A program made the position numbers and the translations under genes. A stretch of 64,000 bases of DNA. Source: Candidatus Falkowbacteria bacterium (lineage in GTDB: Bacteria; Patescibacteriota; Patescibacteriia; UBA11705). The notes beneath the pieces are model-generated. The model searched no databases. It was not told where the DNA came from and was given only the letters and a program-made list of their open reading frames with translations. The stretch spans positions 1,319-65,318 of the forward strand of contig DOZJ01000005.1 in NCBI GenBank assembly GCA_003518055.1, read 5' to 3'. Of the stretch, positions 1 to 7,836 are shown in pieces. Position 1 is the stretch's first letter; each line of letters opens with the position of its first letter.

Positions 1-3000
1 GGCCAAAAGGGTCATAATATGTATATGAATCCGCGTAATCATTGCTGCCAAAATATTGGCGCTCACGAACAACCCTCGGATTAGCCGCATCATCATAACT
101 GTATTCCGTCGACGCCAAATACATGAATGTCTGCTCCGCCGAACTCCGCGACAGCGACAAAATTCGCCCGAGACCATCGTACTCGGCGTAAGTAATCGTA
201 CCGGCCGGATCACCGATAAATGTTGCTTGACCGAAAAAGTAATCATAGCGGAAACGATTTGAATGACCCATCCCATCCAAAATCTCAAACGGCATCAAAT
301 TGTATTCATCATAACTAATGGTCGTCACCGCCCCCGCCGGATCAGTTTCCGTCATCACCATTCCAACTTCGTTATACGTCCTAACTGTACTCGCTGTATT
401 TACTGTACTCGCTTGCCCACCGAAGTCTTGACGTAGGTGGGCTGTTACCTCTTCTCTCGTCACATTGCCGCTACTCACCTGTCCAAACAACAAATTATCA
501 TAATAATATTGCACTCTGCCTTCGAGTTCATTTTTATAATTATACCGCGCGCTTTCAGCCGTTAAACCAACAACATATCCTCCATCTGACGCGTATTGAT
601 AAATTTCATGATAACGATCATCGCCTATGTCTTGGACAACATACGTGCTGCCAAACGCAACTTCGCCGAAATTATCCCGCCGGCTTAAATTCAGCGTATC
701 TTTGTCATACTCCAATCTCTCAGCCGTGGTTCTCGCCGTCACTCCGCCGTCATAAGTATCAGTTAAACTCGTCTGAATCCGCACAAATTTTTGGCCGTTG
801 GGCAAATCACCCTGCTGCCAATCAACTCTCGATCCGGTCGTCAAACCACCGGCCGCGTTTCTACTTTCTGTGCGGTAAACACGATTGGCCAGATCAATAT
901 CATCTTCATCTTCGCCTGAAGCTGTTTGCGCGCCATTACCCTGATGAAAATAACTACTGACTTGATTGCCAACATTGTCAATCGCGGTTATTTTGGCAAA
1001 ACCGGCAAATTGCCGCTCCCTCGGTTCAGCCGTGTAATAACTTCCGCCTTCATATTGATAATTAACCGTTATTTTCTCGCCAAATCCCGGATCTCGCTCG
1101 ATCCGCGTCACCACCTGCAAACTCAAAGGCAGCTCCGGATTCAACCGCTGCCCACCATCGGCCTCCGATGTCGGTGTCGCTGAATATTCAATTGCAATAA
1201 TTTCACCGGTAGCGGTTCTGACCCCGATCAAAGCGTTATGCGCTGAAGTATTCAAATACACATGATCACGCGCCCGGTCACTGCCCTCGGCTCGAATCAA
1301 ATCCACTCGACCATCGCCGTTGATGTCAGCACTTTGCAGGGCCGTGTCGCCGTCAGAATACTGTTCAACAATCGGAACCGTCATCTGCGGCGCGTATTCC
1401 CATGATTTTGTCGCCGGATTTAATAGAAAAACTTTTCTCTCACCGGCATAAGCCTCAATGATATCGTCAAATCCGTCGCCGTTGACATCCGCGATCTGCA
1501 TGCCGAGATCAACATTGGTCGCCGCGGAAATAAAACCAACCGGCAGATTATACTCCGTTGTCTGGACAAATCCCCGGCCAGTGTTGAGATAAAACTCGCG
1601 CTGAATCTGCGTATGCACCCCCGGAATACCCTCGGCATGGACCAAATCCGGCAGACTGTCGCCGTTTATATCCATAAATCTGACGCCTCGATCCAGCGAA
1701 TCGCCGTTGCCGTTCAATGCAATCAGAAGACTCCATCCAGCCGCCAATTCAAACCCCGTGCCGTCAGCTTTGTTAATAAAAACCTGATTTATGTTCGGAT
1801 CGCGTCTTATAATATCCTGAAATCCATCGCCATTAATATCCACCACCCTGAGCAGCTTATCAGCACCGTTAAAACTGGGCGGTATCGGTAATATATAATT
1901 CACATCCAGCGTCCAATTTTGACCATCAAAAATATAAACTTGGCGCTCAGCACCAAAAACCCGAACCAAATCTTGTTTGGTATCACCATTGACATCAATC
2001 AAATGAACACCCAAACCGGATTGTGAATTGGCGCTGACAAAACCCACCGGTGCGTGATAACCAGTACCGGCTGTCCAGCCGCCATGACCGTCATTAAGAT
2101 AAAATTCACGAATTACGCCGCTCGCGTCACCGTCATTTCCCTGCAGGCGCATGACATCAGTCAAACCGTCTCCGTTCAAATCAAGCAGCCTCACACCCTG
2201 ATCGCTTGCGTATGGGCTGTTATTAGCCACAAACGCCGCCGGGAACTGCCAAGCTTCAGCCTCCACAAAACCGGTTGACTCCGCCGCGTAGGTGAATTGC
2301 GTTTCCGGCAACGTCACCGCCCCACCGCGGCTATCGTAGTGGATTTCCGTCATCCCGACCAGATTGGTCCGCGCGCCGGCTTCATAATTCAAACCGTATC
2401 GCTTCATCACCTGATTTTGGAATTTAGTGTCCACGGTCAAAAGCCTTCGGCCATGAGTCACGCTAAAACCCGAACTATAACTGACTGTCGCGTCTGGCCG
2501 CTGTTCATACGCAAAATTGATAGTATAGATTCCCTCGTTATTTTCATCACCGCCGTAAACGATCCGGCTCAAATAAACATTATTATTTTCTTTATCGTAA
2601 AAATATTGAATTGAATTTGTATTTAAATCTGTCATTTCCGTTATATACCACGCAAAAATTTCCGCCTGATTATCCGGATTGGATAGCCGCGCTGTTTCCT
2701 GATTACCAAGATAATATGTCAGCCCGGTTTTGGTTTTAATCGTCCAACCGCTCGCGTCATAAAGATAAACCAACTTAGCGCCGGTCTCGATTTTTCCGCC
2801 GTAGACACCAAAACCTTGATCATCAACTTCGAGCGCCATCAGCTCACCCGACAAAGACGAGGTGAAAACCGACTGATTATATAATTGATCCACGCCAAAC
2901 TTATTTAATCGCTGTATGGACAGCGTCGACATCTGCCAGCCGGCGCCAAGTATGCCATCAGCCTGATTTTGACTGTTGTATTGAAAAGACATTTCCGGCG

Positions 3001-3490
3001 TCAACCCCAATCTGCCTGCCGGAACTATAATCGGAAAAGAATAATTCAATGCGCCGGTCTGCTGGTCGGCGTTCACCGAATAATCCGCACCCACACTTTT
3101 TGTGTTGTCATTGTAAACCGCTACCTCCGGCATCGACACCGATTTATTTGTCCCGCCGCCACCACCGGCATCAGTTTCCACCGCGTCATTGGCACCAAGA
3201 TCATTCTCGACCGCGCTATTATCAGCCGGCAAATCCTCTTTGCCCCCGGCCTGATCATCAGCCTCCGTCAGCCCCTCCGGCCGCGCCGTTTCAGTCGCGA
3301 ATGGCGGACTGATCTCCGCCGGCACCGTGTCTGTTTCCGCTATCCCAACATTTTTTTCTGTCGCCGCCTCAACCGCCACCGTTTCACCACCATCAACCTC
3401 CGCCGCCGCCACCACCTGCCCCGGTAGCGGTCCCACGATCATCACCGTCAACAAAATCGCTATTACCACTCTAAACATTTTAATTTTCAT
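1..3490 (-). CDS. Secreted SpvB/TcdB-midN-like, FG-GAP(VCBS)-repeat, YD/RHS-repeat protein (3' end beyond window)
   Basis: Hand translation (absent from ORF track because it has no stop in the window): MKIKMFRVVIAILLTVMIVGPLPGQVVAAA signal; QQTGALNYSFPIIVPAGRLGLTPEMSFQYNS...GILGAGW (SpvB-like); repeated DxNGDGxxD; ERQFAGFAKIT (TcdB midN-like); YD repeats such as EYDGLGRI and YYDPFG. Confidence 0.85.
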   Translation of the reverse strand, partial: MKIKMFRVVIAILLTVMIVGPLPGQVVAAAEVDGGETVAVEAATEKNVGIAETDTVPAEISPPFATETARPEGLTEADDQAGGKEDLPADNSAVENDLGANDAVETDAGGGGGTNKSVSMPEVAVYNDNTKSVGADYSVNADQQTGALNYSFPIIVPAGRLGLTPEMSFQYNSQNQADGILGAGWQMSTLSIQRLNKFGVDQLYNQSVFTSSLSGELMALEVDDQGFGVYGGKIETGAKLVYLYDASGWTIKTKTGLTYYLGNQETARLSNPDNQAEIFAWYITEMTDLNTNSIQYFYDKENNNVYLSRIVYGGDENNEGIYTINFAYEQRPDATVSYSSGFSVTHGRRLLTVDTKFQNQVMKRYGLNYEAGARTNLVGMTEIHYDSRGGAVTLPETQFTYAAESTGFVEAEAWQFPAAFVANNSPYASDQGVRLLDLNGDGLTDVMRLQGNDGDASGVIREFYLNDGHGGWTAGTGYHAPVGFVSANSQSGLGVHLIDVNGDTKQDLVRVFGAERQVYIFDGQNWTLDVNYILPIPPSFNGADKLLRVVDINGDGFQDIIRRDPNINQVFINKADGTGFELAAGWSLLIALNGNGDSLDRGVRFMDINGDSLPDLVHAEGIPGVHTQIQREFYLNTGRGFVQTTEYNLPVGFISAATNVDLGMQIADVNGDGFDDIIEAYAGERKVFLLNPATKSWEYAPQMTVPIVEQYSDGDTALQSADINGDGRVDLIRAEGSDRARDHVYLNTSAHNALIGVRTATGEIIAIEYSATPTSEADGGQRLNPELPLSLQVVTRIERDPGFGEKITVNYQYEGGSYYTAEPRERQFAGFAKITAIDNVGNQVSSYFHQGNGAQTASGEDEDDIDLANRVYRTESRNAAGGLTTGSRVDWQQGDLPNGQKFVRIQTSLTDTYDGGVTARTTAERLEYDKDTLNLSRRDNFGEVAFGSTYVVQDIGDDRYHEIYQYASDGGYVVGLTAESARYNYKNELEGRVQYYYDNLLFGQVSSGNVTREEVTAHLRQDFGGQASTVNTASTVRTYNEVGMVMTETDPAGAVTTISYDEYNLMPFEILDGMGHSNRFRYDYFFGQATFIGDPAGTITYAEYDGLGRILSLSRSSAEQTFMYLASTEYSYDDAANPRVVRERQYFGSNDYADSYTYYDPFG
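415..442. repeat. Short GC-rich palindromic element inside the RHS coding sequence
   Basis: GCCCACC-GAA-GTC-TT-GAC-GTA-GGTGGGC; translates in frame as AHLRQDFGGQ; next to a 12-bp direct duplication ACTGTACTCGCT. Confidence 0.65.
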
Positions 3491-3549
3491 AATATTTAAC
3501 AGTTTAATAATTTATTTATTAAGCCATACTTTTGTAGTTAAAGTTACAC

Positions 3550-3644
3550 CCTCTTTACTCTTCGCTCTTTACTCTTCGCTTTTTACTCTTCGCTCTTTAC
3601 TCTTCGCTTTTTACTCTTCGCTCTTTACTCTTTACTCTTTACTT
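3550..3644. repeat. Heptamer/14-mer tandem repeat (CTCTTTA/CTCTTCG)n
   Basis: Directly visible, about 13 heptamer units upstream of the RHS gene. Confidence 0.9.
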
Positions 3645-3776
3645 CCTCCGTTACAGTTACCCCGCCATACTTCAATAGTTATAGTTGTTTTGTCAAACTT
3701 TTATAAAAACTAACTTGTGACCGCCAAAATTTTGTAGTTCCAGTTACCCCGCCAAACTTTTGTAGTTCCTGTTAAA

Positions 3777-3802
3777 CAAAAATGAGCCCGCAATTCGGCT
3801 CA
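3777..3802 (-). terminator. Intrinsic terminator
   Basis: TGAGCC-GAATTGCG-GGCTCA followed by TTTTT on the minus strand. Confidence 0.55.
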
Positions 3803-3908
3803 AATCATCACCCAAAATCCTTTTGGCTGTTTGTACAAATATTGATTGAATGTTTTATCAACACCACTCATATTGTCATGGGTAATTTCTCTAGTATTAT
3901 AACAGATC

Positions 3909-3937
3909 ATCATAGCAAATCCAGTCTAAAATGTCAA
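3909..3937 (-). promoter_or_regulatory. Sigma70-like promoter
   Basis: TTGACA-N17-TATGAT with extended TG on the minus strand. Confidence 0.55.
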
Positions 3938-4070
3938 CCACAGCCGACAGAACCATCATTTAAACCCCCATTTTAAGGCAAAAAGCCTGTTGTAAACCAC
4001 TGACAAAACTTATGGTGAATAAAATTCAGTTATGCAAATAAAAAAGATTACCATTATTAGTAATCTCTAA

Positions 4071-4520
4071 TTACAACTCAATCGCGGGTGATTGCTGCCA
4101 CTGAGCGTTGAACTGATCAGCCAAACCATCCACGACCGTTCTGTCATCAATCGTCCAGCACTGATCACCATCCCTCACCACCACCACGTCATCGAGAATC
4201 ACGATTTCAGAAAATGCCGCCCCAACATGATTAAACGCTGCCTGATCAAGCAATTGCTTGCGGAATTCGTAATCAAACAGATCACTACCACTCAACAGGC
4301 TGGTATCAACTTCATCGCTGTCGCTGAGACACAGAATATTCATCTTTTGCACTTTCAGGGCCAGCTGCGCCCGATACTCCAGCTTCGATTTCCGTGAATC
4401 ATCATCATCGTGTTTCTTATCAACCGAAATCCTTGTCATGTCCACAACATTGAAAAATCGTTGGATCCGATCACGAGAAAGGATATGTTCTCGCGCCTGT
4501 TTCAGATTAAGCATCGGCAT
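4071..4520 (-). CDS. Hypothetical protein, weakly resembling the C-terminal domain of TrmB-like regulators; 5' end possibly frameshifted (SD + GTG at 4629)
   Basis: 149-aa ORF ending EIVILDD...WTIDD...F...W; upstream AGGAGTGAG-GTG opens a different frame (MAIETFHG...). Confidence 0.5.
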   Translation of the reverse strand: MPMLNLKQAREHILSRDRIQRFFNVVDMTRISVDKKHDDDDSRKSKLEYRAQLALKVQKMNILCLSDSDEVDTSLLSGSDLFDYEFRKQLLDQAAFNHVGAAFSEIVILDDVVVVRDGDQCWTIDDRTVVDGLADQFNAQWQQSPAIEL

Positions 4521-4861
4521 CTTCCGTTGCCCGCATTGAATGCAGGCTATTCGTACCAGTTATCTGACGGACACCGTACCCATGGACACCTTGTCTGTCG
4601 CACCGGCCATGAAACGTTTCGATAGCCACCTCACTCCTCTCGGAAATCACCGAGAATATAAGCCTCCTTTATTTCATGAACAAATTATCATAACACACAA
4701 TTTTTTATTTGTCAATTGTATATCCCACCCCACCATCAAAACTACTATTTTAAGGCAAAAAAACCTGTTGAGCGTCTTCAACAAAATCATCGTAGCGGCC
4801 TTTTAATTTTCCTTGTTTATTCTTATCTTATATTTAATCAAAATTCCTGCTATCATAAATT

Positions 4862-5275
4862 ATGAATTATAAACTTAAATCAAATATGAAAATTGTTATT
4901 TGCGCCAGCAGTAAATTTATCGATGAAATTAATTTTTGGAAACAAAAACTTGTAAATGATGGTCACGTTGTAATTAAATATCCTGAAAAAATTGAAGGTG
5001 ATTTTCTCACCGGATATCAAAAAGAGTTCACGGATCATTATAAAAGAATCACTGAATGTGACGCGCTTTTCATCCTCAATATTAAAAAAAATAATATAGA
5101 AGGATATATCGGGCCTGGAGTTTATGCGGAAATTGCCTTTGCCGTCGGTCTCAAACGGTCTCAAAACAAACAAATTAAAATTATTTGCGTTAATCCCACC
5201 CCCAACAACCTACCACATTCTGAAGAACTAAAATTCTGGGAGAGCCTCGGCTGGATTGAAATTAAACCGCGATAA
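4862..5275 (+). CDS. Hypothetical protein, nucleoside 2-deoxyribosyltransferase-like fold
   Basis: MKIVICAS...HYKRITECDALFILN...GYIGPGVYAEIAFA pattern. Confidence 0.7.
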   Translation: MNYKLKSNMKIVICASSKFIDEINFWKQKLVNDGHVVIKYPEKIEGDFLTGYQKEFTDHYKRITECDALFILNIKKNNIEGYIGPGVYAEIAFAVGLKRSQNKQIKIICVNPTPNNLPHSEELKFWESLGWIEIKPR

Positions 5276-5282
5276 AAAATAT

Positions 5283-5306
5283 AAAATCGCTGAATTCAGC
5301 GATTTT
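5283..5306. terminator. Bidirectional terminator
   Basis: Perfect palindrome AAAATCGCTGAATTCAGCGATTTT between convergent ORFs. Confidence 0.65.
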
Positions 5307-5307
5307 T

Positions 5308-5457
5308 TTATGGCCACAAATTTTCTACAAATGCTCTTAACAACTCATAAGATCTATTCATCATTTCAAAATCATCCACACGTCCCCACCAATGATTTGA
5401 ATTGTGATGAATATGACATCTACTGTAATCTTCATCTATATACCATTTTCTCAACAC
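5308..5457 (-). CDS. Small hypothetical protein or gene remnant (49 aa)
   Basis: GTG-started ORF LRKWYIDEDYSRCHIHHNSNHWWGRVDDFEMMNRSYELLRAFVENLWP whose stop abuts the terminator. Confidence 0.35.
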   Translation of the reverse strand: MLRKWYIDEDYSRCHIHHNSNHWWGRVDDFEMMNRSYELLRAFVENLWP

Positions 5458-5550
5458 AAATTTTTCTGGGTTTTGATAATTTGAACAAATTTATTTATAA
5501 TCAAGACAAAAATATTACACTTAAATAAACTATTCACATATTAAGCAAAG

Positions 5551-5578
5551 TTGACAACACCCCTCTATTTGCTAAGAT
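5551..5578 (+). promoter_or_regulatory. Sigma70-like promoter for the small ORF at 5628
   Basis: TTGACA-N16-TAAGAT with extended TG. Confidence 0.55.
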
Positions 5579-5627
5579 ATAATTCGAAAAGACCTTTTGA
5601 ACCAACTCGTCACAATGGAGGTGTCAG

Positions 5628-5777
5628 ATGAATCTGGATCCTACCGGACGCAACCTAATACCCGGCTGTTATTGTTCAATCAATCCAAATAATGACCACA
5701 AAAACTGTATAAAGGCTAAAATAGATATGTACAAAAAATCACCAAAATCATCCTCTGGCCATTTCGCAAACTCATAA
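5628..5777 (+). CDS. Small Cys/His-containing protein (49 aa)
   Basis: GGAGGTG SD; MNLDPTGRNLIPGCYCSINPNNDHKNCIKAKIDMYKKSPKSSSGHFANS; promoter upstream; hairpin AAACGCTGG-TAATA-CCTAGCGTTT downstream. Confidence 0.6.
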   Translation: MNLDPTGRNLIPGCYCSINPNNDHKNCIKAKIDMYKKSPKSSSGHFANS

Positions 5778-5810
5778 ATTCAATTAAACGCTGGTAATAC
5801 CTAGCGTTTT

Positions 5811-6275
5811 TTATTTTTGAGCAGAAGCTTCTAACACCCTATGCCAATGATTATGACCTTCCTCATCATCAAAAACATCAAAAACTCTAAAAACAATGTT
5901 ACGAAACCCCTCTTTATGCAATAATTTTGACAATAAATCACCAGTAAACTTTGAAGAACTATTCAAATCAGACAAATCAAAAGTCTGAATAAAAAACCAT
6001 CCGTCTTTTTTTAAATTTTCAAACGCAGTCTTTACAAATTCAGTCTGATTTTTTATCTTATGTATCACAAAATTTGAATATACCAAATCAAAGGGTCTCT
6101 TTTTAGATAAATAAAATTTTTCTAAATTCACTCCCATTTTCAAATCAACCCCTTCGACCTCCCATCCCATTTTTTTTAAACCATTTACATCTACTAATTC
6201 CCCCGCCCCTAAATCAAGAGCCCTCTTTGGGATTGAATAATTATCAAGAACAAACATCTTTAATCTTTTATTCAT
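5811..6275 (-). CDS. Class I SAM-dependent methyltransferase
   Basis: Motif I ALDLGAG, VEGVD, FDLVYSNFVIH, LKKDGWFFI; likely start ATG 6275 (ORF extends to 6335). Confidence 0.85.
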   Translation of the reverse strand: MNKRLKMFVLDNYSIPKRALDLGAGELVDVNGLKKMGWEVEGVDLKMGVNLEKFYLSKKRPFDLVYSNFVIHKIKNQTEFVKTAFENLKKDGWFFIQTFDLSDLNSSSKFTGDLLSKLLHKEGFRNIVFRVFDVFDDEEGHNHWHRVLEASAQK

Positions 6276-6316
6276 ATAAACTGAATTAAAATTATAAAAA
6301 ACCGTAAAATTACGGT

Positions 6317-7402
6317 TTACTTGTTTAAGAAACAATGAGGGTCTTCAGCCAAATAATCACCATTTTGGATATGTGCTCGAGCTCGACATCCACCACACTG
6401 ATACTTCAAGCCACATGAACCGCATTTCCCAGATAAATTCATCCCCAACATCTCTTTAACAATTCTATTTTTTTTGTATTCCTCAATCATTTCATCTATA
6501 GTCATTGAAAAAGTATTCATCATAGGAATATTCAATAAAGCACATGGGGTCATGGTTCCATCAGAATTAACATTAAAAGTGATTGCTGCCGCTCCACACC
6601 CATCAAAAACCAACTCGTCCTCTCTTCCCAGATCAGAAACACCTCGTAAAATACATTTTAGGGGGTCATTAGTTGTTACATTTACATCTGGAAAAATATT
6701 CTTCAACCTATAAACTTCTTCTAAAAAATCTTTCTTTTGTTCCCAAGTCATCCACAGATCAATACGATCAATTGCTCTGCCTGCAGGATGTATCGCTGAG
6801 AAACTTACTCTTTTACATCCCAAATCGACCGCAAACCTAACCATACTTTCCATTTCATCAATCTGATTTGGTCTTATTGTTGATCTCATAGATGGAACAA
6901 TAGCGTCATCATTAGCCCCCGCAGCTAGTCTCAAAGCTTTCACCGCGGAATCAAAGGCTCCTGTACTACATCTAAATGCGTCGTGCTTTTCCTGATCCAA
7001 ATCATCAAGACTGATAGATAATACGAATCTGGAAAAAGATAATTTTTTGATCAAATTGATGTGTCTCTCTCTTAAAAAAGTTCCATTCGTGGTTAATGTA
7101 ACATACTCGCCACCATTACCTCTTACTGCTGTCAAAACATCATCAAACTCAGAATGCAACAAAGGTTCTCCTCCAGACAGTACAATCTCTTTATAATTTG
7201 GACTGAACATTCGAGCAAACTCAATTATTTTTAGAATTTGTTCTAAAGGCATATCTCGTTTTAACTGGTGAGAAGCCCTACAATGCTTACAGTTCATATT
7301 ACATCTACCAGTAATTTCCACCTGGATTTGTCCAAACTCAATTTCATAAATAGCATCTTCAGTTTCTACCTCCAACCTGGGTTTTGCACTTTTACATTCC
7401 AT
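6317..7402 (-). CDS. Radical SAM/SPASM-domain protein, probable peptide maturase
   Basis: CNMNCKHC (CX3CX2C), SGGEPLL, SPASM cysteines CGAA...TPC...CGSC...CGGCRARA...DPHC; GGAGG SD before ATG 7402. Confidence 0.92.
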   Translation of the reverse strand: MECKSAKPRLEVETEDAIYEIEFGQIQVEITGRCNMNCKHCRASHQLKRDMPLEQILKIIEFARMFSPNYKEIVLSGGEPLLHSEFDDVLTAVRGNGGEYVTLTTNGTFLRERHINLIKKLSFSRFVLSISLDDLDQEKHDAFRCSTGAFDSAVKALRLAAGANDDAIVPSMRSTIRPNQIDEMESMVRFAVDLGCKRVSFSAIHPAGRAIDRIDLWMTWEQKKDFLEEVYRLKNIFPDVNVTTNDPLKCILRGVSDLGREDELVFDGCGAAAITFNVNSDGTMTPCALLNIPMMNTFSMTIDEMIEEYKKNRIVKEMLGMNLSGKCGSCGLKYQCGGCRARAHIQNGDYLAEDPHCFLNK

Positions 7403-7421
7403 TGGTCCCTCCATTTTAAAA

Positions 7422-7444
7422 GGGGAAAATCACTGATTCTCCCC
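7422..7444 (-). terminator. Stem-loop (attenuator or stabiliser) between the peptide gene and the rSAM gene
   Basis: GGGGAGAATC-AGT-GATTTTCCCC followed by TTTT on the minus strand. Confidence 0.65.
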
Positions 7445-7465
7445 GTCTGATTGTGACCACGTCTG

Positions 7466-7531
7466 TCAGTCACAAATGCTGCAGCTTCCCTTGCCGATTC
7501 TGACCTTGATACGCTTCTTCTTGGGAGACAT
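7466..7531 (-). CDS. Putative RiPP precursor peptide MSPKKKRIKVRIGKGSCSICD (21 aa)
   Basis: Perfect AAGGAGG SD 7 nt before ATG; directly upstream of the rSAM/SPASM gene; basic leader and C-terminal CSICD. Confidence 0.75.
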   Translation of the reverse strand: MSPKKKRIKVRIGKGSCSICD

Positions 7532-7657
7532 CTTACATCCTCCTTACCTGCCTAATTCAATAGTTACAATTTTGATTGTGGCGCTAATATAGCACCTTCG
7601 TCAAGCTGTAACTTTGAATTTAGGACTTTGGGCTGAATTTAAAGAGCATCTAATTAA

Positions 7658-7685
7658 AGGATATCAGAACAATCGTATCTGTCAA
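7658..7685 (-). promoter_or_regulatory. Sigma70-like promoter of the peptide-rSAM-methyltransferase unit
   Basis: TTGACA-N16-TATCCT with extended TG. Confidence 0.45.
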
Positions 7686-7836
7686 GCGCTCGTTAAGGTA
7701 TGCCCCATATTCTGTATTGGGCTTGTTGCTTTGTTTATTCAAATATAACAATTTAAGACAAATTTGACAAAATAACATACTCTATATAACATACTCTACA
7801 ACAATCAGTTCCTTGAAAAACGAAGGATGGGCACCC

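Noticed and set aside
3327-3713. 128-aa ORF with YSSLFTL-type repeats
   Set aside because: Artefact of the heptamer tract and antisense to the RHS gene start.
6317-7402. Heme synthase AhbD/NirJ or PqqE
   Set aside because: The SPASM motif is similar, but no tetrapyrrole or PQQ genes are nearby and an SD-led Cys peptide lies directly upstream; phylogeny is needed to exclude this fully.
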